Below, in pieces: positions 1 to 8,475 of a stretch of DNA of 64,000 nt. The stretch's first letter is position 1, and every line of letters starts with the position of its first letter. The notes below the pieces were generated by a model. It was given only the letters and a program-made list of their open reading frames with translations. It did not search any database and had not been told where the DNA came from. The translations under genes and the position numbers were made by a program. This stretch comes from an uncultured Clostridia bacterium (GTDB lineage Bacteria; Acidobacteriota; Aminicenantia; UBA2199). The stretch spans positions 2,917-66,916 of the forward strand of contig CAYZNT010000014.1 of NCBI GenBank assembly GCA_964479735.1, in the 5' to 3' direction.

Positions 1-815
1 GGAGACTCCGCCCCCACTTCGTCTTCAACCTGGTGGAGACCGTGGCCGGAGACGGGCAGTTCGTCTACCTGGCGCCGGCGCTGCTCGAGTCGCTTCACCT
101 GCCCTACACCGGCTGCCCGCGCGACGCCATGTTCCTGACCTCCAGCAAGCTGCTGGCCAAGCGGGTCATGGCCGCCGCCGGGGTGCCCACGGCCCCCTGG
201 CTCGATGCCCAGGCGCCGGGGGGCAGGTTGCCGTCCCTGGCCGGGCGCTTCGTCGTCAAGCTGGCCTGGGAGCACGCCTCCATCGGCCTCGACGAGGGAG
301 CCGTGGTCGACGTGGCCGACGCCCGCGAGCTGCTGGCCATCGTCCGCGACCGGCAGCGGCGCGGCGGCAAGGAGTGCTTCGCCGAGCGTTACATCGACGG
401 CCGCGAGTTCAACGTCTCCATGCTGTCCGGAGCGGTGCTGCCGATTCCCGAGATGACCTTCGTCGACTTTCCCGACGGCAAGCCGAGGATGGTCGACTAC
501 CGGGCGAAATGGGACGAGGAGTCGTTCGAGTTTCGCAATACCCGGCGCCTGTTCGACCTGCCGCCCGAGGACCAGCCGCTGGTCGCCGAGCTGGAGGCCA
601 TCGCCCGCCGCTGCTGGGACCTGTTCGGCCTGCGCGGCTATGCCCGGGTCGACTTCCGTGTCGACCGTGACAACCGGCCGTTCGTGCTGGAGGTCAACAC
701 CAACCCGTGCATATCGCCCGCCGCCGGGTTGGCCGCCGCCGCCGCGCGGCGCGGCCTGGGATACCGGGAGCTGGTCGAGGCGATCGTCCGCGATGCCGTC
801 CGCCACCCCGACTGA
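1..815 (+). CDS. ATP-grasp family ligase (D-Ala-D-Ala ligase-like fold), 5'-truncated by the window edge
   Basis: The reading frame is open from base 3 (RLRPHFVFNLVETVAGDGQFVYL...) and stops at 813-815. The translation has ATP-grasp-like motifs (KLAWEHASIGLDEGAVV, ERYIDGREFNVSML, RVDFRVD...PFVLEVNTNP). Confidence 0.6.
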   Translation, partial: RLRPHFVFNLVETVAGDGQFVYLAPALLESLHLPYTGCPRDAMFLTSSKLLAKRVMAAAGVPTAPWLDAQAPGGRLPSLAGRFVVKLAWEHASIGLDEGAVVDVADARELLAIVRDRQRRGGKECFAERYIDGREFNVSMLSGAVLPIPEMTFVDFPDGKPRMVDYRAKWDEESFEFRNTRRLFDLPPEDQPLVAELEAIARRCWDLFGLRGYARVDFRVDRDNRPFVLEVNTNPCISPAAGLAAAAARRGLGYRELVEAIVRDAVRHPD

Positions 816-824
816 GGAGGACCC

Positions 825-1328
825 ATGGCCCAATCCGATATCCGCTTGCGCACCGAGGTGACCGTCGCCGACCCCGGGCAGGTGGGGGAGATCACCCGCT
901 CCAGCGGTTTCTTCTACGATTTCGAGGTCGACGTGGCGGTCTCGCTGGTGGAAGAGCGGCTGCGCGACGGCGAGGCCAGCGGGTACCACTTCGTCTTCGC
1001 CGATCGCGGCGGCCGCACCGTCGGCTACGCCTGCTTCGGCCCGATCGCCTGCACCCAGGGGAGCTTCGACCTCTACTGGATCGCGGTCCGCGACGACTGC
1101 CGCGGCGGCGGCATCGGCAGCCGGCTGCTGGCCGAGAGCGAGCGGCTCATGGCCGCCATGGGGGGGCGCATGGTCTGGGTGGAGACCGCCTCCAAGGAGC
1201 AATACCGGCCCACCCGCGAGTTCTACCTGCGCAACGGCTACGGGGTCGAGGCCGTGCTGAAAGAGTTCTACGCGCCGGGAGACGACAAGGTGGTCTTCGT
1301 CAAACGCCTGGGCGGCGGGAGGGGGTGA
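825..1328 (+). CDS. GNAT family N-acetyltransferase
   Basis: 167 aa starting 10 nt after the ATP-grasp stop. It has an acetyl-CoA binding-type motif (RGGGIGSRLL) and a typical GNAT length and fold signature. Confidence 0.7.
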   Translation: MAQSDIRLRTEVTVADPGQVGEITRSSGFFYDFEVDVAVSLVEERLRDGEASGYHFVFADRGGRTVGYACFGPIACTQGSFDLYWIAVRDDCRGGGIGSRLLAESERLMAAMGGRMVWVETASKEQYRPTREFYLRNGYGVEAVLKEFYAPGDDKVVFVKRLGGGRG

Positions 1329-1331
1329 GCC

Positions 1332-2393
1332 ATGGCCCCCGGCCGGCGCTCGGAGAAGGCGGGGCTCTCGCCCGGGTCGCTGGTCTTCGTGGGGGAAGCC
1401 CGCGACCTGCCGGTGGCCGTCACCGTGCTGGATTACGACGAGCACGGCGTGCGCGAGCAGGCGGCGGCGACGGTCGAAGAGTGCCTGCCGTACCGTGACT
1501 CCCCGTCCGTCACCTGGATCAACGTGGACGGTTTGCGAGACGTCTCCCTGCTGGAGCGCCTGGGCGGCTGCTTCCAGGTGCACCCCCTGATCCTGGAGGA
1601 CATCCTCAACACCGAGCAGCGGCCCAAGATCGACGACATGGACCACTACATCTACGTGGTTCTCAAGATGATCGACTTCGACACGGCGGCCGGCGCCATC
1701 ACCGCCGAGCAGGTCAGCCTGGTGCTGGGTGGCAACTTCGTCATTTCCTTCCAGGAGGAGCGGCGCGGCGATGTCTTCGATCCGGTGCGGGAGCGCATCC
1801 GGGGCGGCCGCGGCCGCATCCGCCGCATGGGCGCCGACTACCTGGCCTACGCCCTGGTCGATGCCGTCGTCGACCGCTATTTCTACATCCTGGAGAAGGT
1901 GGGCGAGCAGATCGAGGAGCTCGAGGAGCAACTCGTCGACAACCCCGGCCAGCAGACGCTGCAGCGCATCCACCGCCTGAAGCGCGACATGCTCTTCCTG
2001 CGCAAATCGGTCTGGCCGCTGCGCGAGGTGGTGGCGGCGCTGGAGAAGAGCGACTCCGACCTGATCCGGGAGGCCACCGGCATCTTCCTCCGCGACGTCC
2101 AGGACCACGTCATCCAGGTCATCGAGACCGTCGAGACCTACCGCGAGATGCTGGCCTCCTACGTGGACATCTACCTCTCCTCGGTCTCCAACCGCATGAA
2201 CCAGGTCATGAAGGTGCTGACCATCATCGCCACCGTCTTCATGCCGCTGACCTTCATCGCCGGTATTTACGGGATGAATTTCCGCTTCATGCCGGAACTG
2301 GGCTGGCCCTTCGGCTACCCCCTGGCCCTGCTGCTGATGGGCGGGGCGGCGGCGGCCATGCTCCGTTTCTTCCGGCGCCGCGGCTGGTTCTGA
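1332..2393 (+). CDS. corA: CorA family magnesium/cobalt transporter
   Basis: 353 aa with the C-terminal signature YGMNF (GMN motif), two C-terminal transmembrane helices and a CorA-like acidic N-terminal domain. Confidence 0.85.
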   Translation: MAPGRRSEKAGLSPGSLVFVGEARDLPVAVTVLDYDEHGVREQAAATVEECLPYRDSPSVTWINVDGLRDVSLLERLGGCFQVHPLILEDILNTEQRPKIDDMDHYIYVVLKMIDFDTAAGAITAEQVSLVLGGNFVISFQEERRGDVFDPVRERIRGGRGRIRRMGADYLAYALVDAVVDRYFYILEKVGEQIEELEEQLVDNPGQQTLQRIHRLKRDMLFLRKSVWPLREVVAALEKSDSDLIREATGIFLRDVQDHVIQVIETVETYREMLASYVDIYLSSVSNRMNQVMKVLTIIATVFMPLTFIAGIYGMNFRFMPELGWPFGYPLALLLMGGAAAAMLRFFRRRGWF

Positions 2394-2399
2394 TCCCCT

Positions 2400-3680
2400 T
2401 CACTCCGCCGTGCCGATCCGCAGCGAAAGCAGCGTCGACGGGTCGAGGCCGGCGCGCAGCATGGCGTTCGCCTCCGCGGCGCCCACCGCGTTGAGACGGG
2501 CCTCCCACTCGTTGGTCAGGCGCCAGGAGAGGCCGATGCCTTCCAGGAGGCTCCAGAGGGCGACGCGCCGCTCGCGCGACTCCACCCTCCTCCAGAATTC
2601 CGCCAGGGCGTAGGCCCGGGCGGCTGCCACCCCCGCTTCGTCGATGCCTTGGGCGCGGATCTCGGCCAGGCGCTCATCGAGCGCCGTCGCGGCGGCGCCG
2701 GGGTCGCCGCCGGTCTTCAGCGACAGGTGCAGCAGGGCGGCGGTGCGCAGGGGCTGCAGGCTGGCTTCGACGTCGTAGGTCAGGTGCAGGCGGTCGCGCA
2801 GCGTCCACAGCCGGCTGCCGACGCCCCGGCCCAGCCACGACTCGAGCAGGGTGGCGGTGAAGTAGGCGTGGGCGTCCAGGGCCGGCAGGCGGGCGCTGCG
2901 CGCCAGCAGCGATTCGCCCGCGAGTCGTTCGGCGCCCGCCTCCGGGGCAGGAGCGGACGGGCCGGCCGCCGCCGGGGGGGGGCCGTCCGGGGCGGCGGGC
3001 AGACGGGCGAAGTGACGGGCGAGCCGCTCGTGCAGTTCGTCGGCGGCCAGGTCGCTGACGGCCAGCAGCACCAGGTTGCCGCCATGGAACGAGTGGCGGT
3101 GGCAGGCCTGCACGTCGGGGCGGCGGATGGCCCGGCGCGACGCCTGGGTGCCGAAGGCCGCGCGGCCATAGCCGGCGGAACCGAACGCGGCGGTCGCCTG
3201 CAGGCGGCGCATGCGCGACTCCAGGTCGTCGTCGCCCAGCTTCTCGGCGGTCGCCATCTGCCCCTTGATGGAATCGATGCGCAGGTCCGAGAAGAGCGGG
3301 CGGGCGATGCTCCTGGCCAGGATGGCCAGCGCCGGCTCGAGGTCGGGGGTGTTGACCCGCAGGGTGACGGTGGAGTAGTCCGCGGCGGTCTGCAGGTGAT
3401 AGGTGCAGCCCAGCTGCAGCAGGTGGCGCAGCCGGCCCTCCTCGGGGACTTCCAGCGCCAGGCGGGCGGTCAGGTAGGCCAGCCCCTCCTTGCCGGCGGG
3501 GTCGGACGCGCCGCCGCCGCGCACCAGCAGGTGCACCACCGTGAACGCCGCCGCCGCGTCGTGCTGGCAGACGACCCGCAGCCCGTTGTCCAGCACGCGC
3601 TCCTGCGGTTCGGCAGGCTGCCCGCGGGCGAGGACCGGCAGGGCCAGCAGCCCCAGCAGCACGGCGCAGCGGCGGCTCAT
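2400..3680 (-). CDS. M16B family peptidase-like protein, probable non-catalytic partner subunit
   Basis: The start MSRRCAVLLGLLALPVLA is a signal peptide; its ATG is the complement of 3678-3680 and overlaps the upstream M16 stop by 4 nt. It has the M16 fold, but YLTARL replaces the HxxEH zinc motif. The N-terminal extension of the 923-aa track ORF is low-complexity and was not called. Confidence 0.7.
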   Translation of the reverse strand: MSRRCAVLLGLLALPVLARGQPAEPQERVLDNGLRVVCQHDAAAAFTVVHLLVRGGGASDPAGKEGLAYLTARLALEVPEEGRLRHLLQLGCTYHLQTAADYSTVTLRVNTPDLEPALAILARSIARPLFSDLRIDSIKGQMATAEKLGDDDLESRMRRLQATAAFGSAGYGRAAFGTQASRRAIRRPDVQACHRHSFHGGNLVLLAVSDLAADELHERLARHFARLPAAPDGPPPAAAGPSAPAPEAGAERLAGESLLARSARLPALDAHAYFTATLLESWLGRGVGSRLWTLRDRLHLTYDVEASLQPLRTAALLHLSLKTGGDPGAAATALDERLAEIRAQGIDEAGVAAARAYALAEFWRRVESRERRVALWSLLEGIGLSWRLTNEWEARLNAVGAAEANAMLRAGLDPSTLLSLRIGTAE

Positions 3681-5014
3681 CGTTCCACCGGCACCACGGC
3701 CACGGTCACCCACTTGCGGCCGGCGAAGCACGTCCCGCCCACGCGGCGCAGGTCGGCGGAGCGCACCGCCTCCAGGCTGTCGTCCCGGCTGTCGGCTCTG
3801 TCGTCGCCGAGCAGCAGGAACCGGGCGGCGGCCGAGCTGAGGTTGAGGGCCGACTCGCCATAACTGCCCCCCTCCATGGCCATCTGCCGGCGGGCGGAAT
3901 CCAGCAGGTCGAACGCCTGCGCCTGGTAGGCCGGCGGGAAGTCGAGGCGGCTGAAGTTGAGCTGGCGGATGCCGGACAGGAAACGCGCCAGCCTTCCCTG
4001 CACGTTGCGCACCTGGCGCGCCGGCAGCAGCAGGTGCAGCAGCATGGCGCCGCCGTGGCGCATGGGCAGGTAGCGCATCTCCAGGCGGTCGACCTCCTCG
4101 AAGGGGCCGCGCAATGCGCCCGCCAGCAGCGGGTTGAGGCCGCGGCCGAGAATGAAGGCCAGAACCCCGAGAGCCGCCCGGTCCGGGTCGTTGTAGCCGC
4201 CGACCGGCCAGGCGACGAACAGGTGGGCCTGGCGGACGTCGAGCCGGATCTCGGCCGACTGGCTTTTCGTCAATGCCGGAGGCGGCGGCAGCGGGGCGGC
4301 GGCGGGCTCCGCCCGGCCGCCTTCCCAGGTGCGCCGGATTTCCGCCTCCATGTCGGCGGCGGCGAAGTCGCCCACCAGCGCCAGCGAACAGCGGGCCGGC
4401 ACCAGCAGGCGGCGGTGCAGCTCCTCCATCTCGGCCAGGGTGGCGGCGGCGATCGCCTGCGGGTCGCCCTCGATCGGGCGGCCGTAGGGATGGGAGCCGA
4501 ACAGCAGCTGCAGCGCCCGCAGCCTGCCGGCGGTGGCGGGCTCGTCGCGCAGCTGGGCGATCTCCTCGGCGAGGATGCGCTTCTCGGCCTCCAGGTGCTC
4601 CGCCTGCAGGCGCGGAAGGAAAACCTGCTCGCGCAGTCGGGCCAGCGCCCAGGCGGCGTGGGCGGCGGGGGCGCTGTACTCGAAGGTGATCAAATCGACG
4701 TCGGTGTGGGCGTTGGCCTGGACGCCGCGCGCGCGAAGCCGGGCCAGGCGCTCCGGCCCGGTCGCCTCGCGGGTGGCTCCGAAGAGCAGCAGGTGCTCCA
4801 GCAGGTGCGGCCAGCCCGCCGGCGCGGCGGCGGCGGGGGAGAGGTCCGCCGCCAGGGTCATGGCGCAGAGCGGCAGGTCGCGCTTCTCCTGCAGGATGAC
4901 CCGCAGCCCGTTGTCGAGGGTGAAGCGACGGAACCCCGTCTCCCCATCCGCGATGGCGGCCAGGGAGAGGGAGAACAGCGCACCGGCGATCAGGCCCCGC
5001 TGGCTGGCGATCAT
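3677..5014 (-). CDS. M16 family zinc metallopeptidase (pitrilysin/insulinase-like), active subunit
   Basis: 445 aa with an N-terminal signal-like region and the inverted zinc-binding motif HLLEH (HxxEH). It is translationally coupled to the downstream M16 paralog. Confidence 0.8.
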   Translation of the reverse strand: MIASQRGLIAGALFSLSLAAIADGETGFRRFTLDNGLRVILQEKRDLPLCAMTLAADLSPAAAAPAGWPHLLEHLLLFGATREATGPERLARLRARGVQANAHTDVDLITFEYSAPAAHAAWALARLREQVFLPRLQAEHLEAEKRILAEEIAQLRDEPATAGRLRALQLLFGSHPYGRPIEGDPQAIAAATLAEMEELHRRLLVPARCSLALVGDFAAADMEAEIRRTWEGGRAEPAAAPLPPPPALTKSQSAEIRLDVRQAHLFVAWPVGGYNDPDRAALGVLAFILGRGLNPLLAGALRGPFEEVDRLEMRYLPMRHGGAMLLHLLLPARQVRNVQGRLARFLSGIRQLNFSRLDFPPAYQAQAFDLLDSARRQMAMEGGSYGESALNLSSAAARFLLLGDDRADSRDDSLEAVRSADLRRVGGTCFAGRKWVTVAVVPVER

Positions 5015-5151
5015 GACCGGATTCTAGCACGGGGCGGCCGAAGCGGCAATCCGGGAACCGTGGCCGGCCGGCATTCCGTTCCGCGCGGCTTGAGATCAAC
5101 CTGACGAATGCGGTATTATTCATGTGCTGCTCAACCCCAAGGAGGTTTTTC

Positions 5152-6711
5152 ATGCAGACCTGGAAACGCATATCGCTGATCCTGGCATTGGCCGTCGCCT
5201 TAGCGCCCCTGTGGGCCGGCGGCGCGCCGTCCGATCCCCAGCCGCTGGCCAGCCTGCTGGTCGGTCCCTACGGCATCGACTGGCTGCCGAAGGTCAGCGC
5301 CGGCTCGTTCACCCTGAGAGTCGCCGGCCCCACCGGCGTCTTCCTGGCCAAGACCTTCCCCGGCGGCAAGACCCCGCGCTTCGAGGTTTCGGACCTCGCC
5401 GGCTCCTGCCCGGACGGCATCTACACCTGGGAGTTGCGGGCCAGCCCTCAGGGTGCGCCCGCGGTCCGCGGTGACGAGACGGGCGTGCCACCCGCGGGGG
5501 CCCCGGAAGCCCTCTCCCAGTCCGGCCACTTCCGCGTCTTGGGCGGCTCGATCCTGGTCCCGGCGGCCAAGGAGCCGCGGCTGGCCGGACCGCTGGACGT
5601 GGTGCACGCCGACGACGTGATCGTCACCGGGTCGCTCTGCATCGGCTACGACTGCGCCACGGACGGATCGGAGGATTTCGGCTTCGACACCATCAAGATG
5701 AAGGAAAACAACCTCCAGATCTTCTTCGACGACACCTCGACGACCGCCGGCTTCCCGGCCAACGACTGGCGCCTCATCGCCAACGACTCCGCCAGCGGCG
5801 GCGGCAACTACTTCTCGATCGCAGACGCGACCAACTCCAGGGTGCCGTTCAAGATCGAGGCCGGCGCCCCCACCAGCGCCCTCTACGTCGACGACTCCGG
5901 CCGGGTCGGCCTGGGCACCGCCACTCCCGTTCTCGACCTGCACATCCTCTCCGGCAATACCCCCTCCATCCGCCTCGACCAGGACACGACGTCCGGCTGG
6001 ACGGCCCAGGTTTGGGACATCGCTGCCAACGAGTCCAATTTCTTTTTACGCGACACCACCGGCGGCTCGAAACTGCCCTTCCGCATCCAGCCCGGGGCTC
6101 CCACCAACACGCTGACGATGAAGTCGACCGGCTACGTGGGCATCGGCACCTGGTCGCCCGAGAGCCACCTGGAAATCGAGGCCACCGGCGCCAACGTCGT
6201 GCTGGCCGTCCAGCGCACGGACGGCGCCACCATGAAATTGAGCGCCATGGGCAGCTCGGGGCAGATCGGCACGGTCACCGAGCACGCCCTGAACTTCATG
6301 ACCAACAACGTCAAGCGGCTGTCGGTGGGCGCCTCGACGGGCAACGTCGGCATCGGCGTGACGTCCCCGACCTACCCCCTGCACATGGCCAGCGGCGCCT
6401 ATTGTTCGGCCGGCGGGGCGTGGACCAATGCCTCGAGCATCGCCTTCAAGCAGAACGTCCAGGCCCTGGGGCTGGCGGATGCGCGCCGGGCGCTGGCCGA
6501 CCTGCGTCCGGTGTCGTTCGCCTACAAGGCGGACCCCGGCGAGGAGCACCTGGGGTTCATCGCCGAGGAGGTGCCGGAACTGGTGGCCACGGGTGACCGC
6601 CAGGGCCTGAGCCCGATGGACATCGTGGCGGTGCTGACCCGGGTGGTGCAGGAACAGCAGAAGACCATCGCCGAGCTGCGCGAACGCGTGGAGCAGCTGG
6701 AAAAGCGGTAA
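5152..6711 (+). CDS. secreted fibre-like protein with a C-terminal intramolecular chaperone (peptidase S74 / tail-fibre ICD) domain, paralog 1
   Basis: An RBS (aaggagg) precedes the ATG at 5152, and the signal peptide is MQTWKRISLILALAVALAPLWAGGA. The C-terminus matches the endosialidase/tail-fibre chaperone domain (SSIAFKQNVQAL...LRPVSFAYK...HLGFIAEEVPELV...MDIVAVLTRVVQEQQKTIAELRERVEQLE). The middle has two ~80-aa beta-rich internal repeats (FDDTS..ANDW..GAPT..VGLGT). Confidence 0.7.
   Translation: MQTWKRISLILALAVALAPLWAGGAPSDPQPLASLLVGPYGIDWLPKVSAGSFTLRVAGPTGVFLAKTFPGGKTPRFEVSDLAGSCPDGIYTWELRASPQGAPAVRGDETGVPPAGAPEALSQSGHFRVLGGSILVPAAKEPRLAGPLDVVHADDVIVTGSLCIGYDCATDGSEDFGFDTIKMKENNLQIFFDDTSTTAGFPANDWRLIANDSASGGGNYFSIADATNSRVPFKIEAGAPTSALYVDDSGRVGLGTATPVLDLHILSGNTPSIRLDQDTTSGWTAQVWDIAANESNFFLRDTTGGSKLPFRIQPGAPTNTLTMKSTGYVGIGTWSPESHLEIEATGANVVLAVQRTDGATMKLSAMGSSGQIGTVTEHALNFMTNNVKRLSVGASTGNVGIGVTSPTYPLHMASGAYCSAGGAWTNASSIAFKQNVQALGLADARRALADLRPVSFAYKADPGEEHLGFIAEEVPELVATGDRQGLSPMDIVAVLTRVVQEQQKTIAELRERVEQLEKR
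6211..6674 (+). repeat. 464-bp perfect direct repeat, copy 1 (3' end of fibre paralog 1)
   Basis: I found no mismatches against 7917-8380 (offset 1706 bp) by direct comparison. The ORF track shows identical sub-ORFs 6428..6610 / 8134..8316 and 6132..6353 / 7838..8059. Confidence 0.85.
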
Positions 6712-6737
6712 CCCACGAGCCTTCGCCGCGAATTCAT

Positions 6738-6782
6738 CCCCGGGCGGATGATGTCCCGTCCGCCCGGGGGAGGCGGTTTCTT
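6738..6782 (+). terminator. GC-rich hairpin downstream of paralog 1
   Basis: ccccgggcgga (6738-6748) pairs with tccgcccgggg (6759-6769), giving an 11-bp stem and 10-nt loop, followed by a ggcggtttctt T-containing tail. The next gene has its own promoter TTGAAA (6781-6786), 17-nt spacer, TACAAT (6804-6809). Confidence 0.4.
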
Positions 6783-6866
6783 GAAAAACCGGTTGCGTCC
6801 CGGTACAATCCCCCTTGCTTTCTGGTCCGCCTGGTTCCGATAGCGAATACGCAGGAGGTAGCGGAG

Positions 6867-8447
6867 ATGAAAACGTGGATCGGGTTGATTTTGGTTTGCA
6901 TCCTGCTTCTCGCCTCAGCGAATGGCCTGGCCGCCGCCGACCGTAACCCGGTGGCAGGATCCCTGGTCGGCCCGTATGGAATCGACTGGCTGCCCAAGGT
7001 CGGATACGGGGCGTTGCGCCTGACCGTTTCCGGTCCGCAGGGGGTCTTCCTGACAAAGAGTTTCCCGGGCGGCAAGACCCCGCGCTTCGAACTCAGCGAG
7101 ATCAAGGAGGGATGCCCGGACGGCATCTATACGTACGAACTGCGGGTGCAGGCTGCTGCGCGCCCGGAAAACCGCGATGGAACGCCCGATGCGTCCATCG
7201 CCGATACCCAGCGTCCGCTCATTCAGTCCGGCCATTTCCGCATCCGCGGCGGAGCGATCGTCGTCGCTTCCGGGGTGGAGGCCGGTACCGCGCCGCGCGA
7301 CGGCATCCTGGCCACCTACAACGAGGACTTGTACGTCAAGGGTTCTCTTTGCGTCGGCACCGACTGCGCCGATCCGGAGACATGGAACTACGACGTGATC
7401 CGGATGAAGGAGAACAACCTGCGCATCCATTTCGACGACACCAGCAGCACATCCTCGTTCCCGGCCAACGACTGGCGCATCGTCCTCAACGACTCCTCAG
7501 ACGGCGGCGGCAACTATTTCGCCGTGGAGGATTCGACGTCCGGGGACGTGCCGTTCACGATCGAGGCCGGCGCCCCCGCGAACTCGCTCTTCGTGGAAGA
7601 CTATGGCCGCATCGGCCTGAAGACCTCGACCCCGGCGGTCGAGCTGCACATGGTCGACGGCGACTCGCCGGCTGTGCGCCTGGACCAGGACACCACCTCG
7701 GGCTGGACGGCGCAGGCGTGGGACCTCGTCGGCAACGAAAGCAACTTCTTCGTGCGGGACGTCACCAACTCAGCCAGAATCCCTTTCCGCATCCAGCCGG
7801 GGACGCCTTCGAGCACCCTGAGCCTCAAGTCCTCGGGCTACGTGGGCATCGGCACCTGGTCGCCGGAATACAACCTGGAGGTCGAAGGCACGTCTGCCAA
7901 CGTCACCCTGGGCGTGCAGCGCACGGACGGCGCCACCATGAAATTGAGCGCCATGGGCAGCTCGGGGCAGATCGGCACGGTCACCGAGCACGCCCTGAAC
8001 TTCATGACCAACAACGTCAAGCGGCTGTCGGTGGGCGCCTCGACGGGCAACGTCGGCATCGGCGTGACGTCCCCGACCTACCCCCTGCACATGGCCAGCG
8101 GCGCCTATTGTTCGGCCGGCGGGGCGTGGACCAATGCCTCGAGCATCGCCTTCAAGCAGAACGTCCAGGCCCTGGGGCTGGCGGATGCGCGCCGGGCGCT
8201 GGCCGACCTGCGTCCGGTGTCGTTCGCCTACAAGGCGGACCCCGGCGAGGAGCACCTGGGGTTCATCGCCGAGGAGGTGCCGGAACTGGTGGCCACGGGT
8301 GACCGCCAGGGCCTGAGCCCGATGGACATCGTGGCGGTGCTGACCCGGGTGGTGCAGGAACAGCAGAAGACCATCGCCGATCAGCGCCGGGAGCTGGCCG
8401 AACTCGGCCGGCGCGTGGCCGAACTGGAGAGCAGGGAGACGCGGTAG
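6867..8447 (+). CDS. secreted fibre-like protein with a C-terminal intramolecular chaperone (peptidase S74 / tail-fibre ICD) domain, paralog 2
   Basis: An RBS (aggagg) precedes the ATG, and the signal peptide is MKTWIGLILVCILLLASANGLAAA. It shares domain order with 5152..6711 (conserved N-terminal domain VGPYGIDWLPKV...FPGGKTPRFE...CPDGIYT.ELR, two internal repeats). The C-terminal ICD is nucleotide-identical to paralog 1 over 464 bp, then diverges in the last ~20 codons. Confidence 0.7.
   Translation: MKTWIGLILVCILLLASANGLAAADRNPVAGSLVGPYGIDWLPKVGYGALRLTVSGPQGVFLTKSFPGGKTPRFELSEIKEGCPDGIYTYELRVQAAARPENRDGTPDASIADTQRPLIQSGHFRIRGGAIVVASGVEAGTAPRDGILATYNEDLYVKGSLCVGTDCADPETWNYDVIRMKENNLRIHFDDTSSTSSFPANDWRIVLNDSSDGGGNYFAVEDSTSGDVPFTIEAGAPANSLFVEDYGRIGLKTSTPAVELHMVDGDSPAVRLDQDTTSGWTAQAWDLVGNESNFFVRDVTNSARIPFRIQPGTPSSTLSLKSSGYVGIGTWSPEYNLEVEGTSANVTLGVQRTDGATMKLSAMGSSGQIGTVTEHALNFMTNNVKRLSVGASTGNVGIGVTSPTYPLHMASGAYCSAGGAWTNASSIAFKQNVQALGLADARRALADLRPVSFAYKADPGEEHLGFIAEEVPELVATGDRQGLSPMDIVAVLTRVVQEQQKTIADQRRELAELGRRVAELESRETR
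7917..8380 (+). repeat. 464-bp perfect direct repeat, copy 2 (3' end of fibre paralog 2)
   Basis: Identity begins at cagcgcacggacggcgcc and ends at aagaccatcgccga. The flanks on both sides diverge. Confidence 0.85.
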
Positions 8448-8475
8448 GGATCCCGGCGGGAGTCGGGAGGGGCAA

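Noticed and set aside
5152-8447. Prophage tail-fibre genes / prophage remnant
   Set aside because: Only the C-terminal chaperone domain is phage-like. No capsid, portal, terminase, tape-measure, baseplate, integrase or att-like repeats are present anywhere in 64 kb. The proteins carry Sec signal peptides and are flanked by housekeeping genes.
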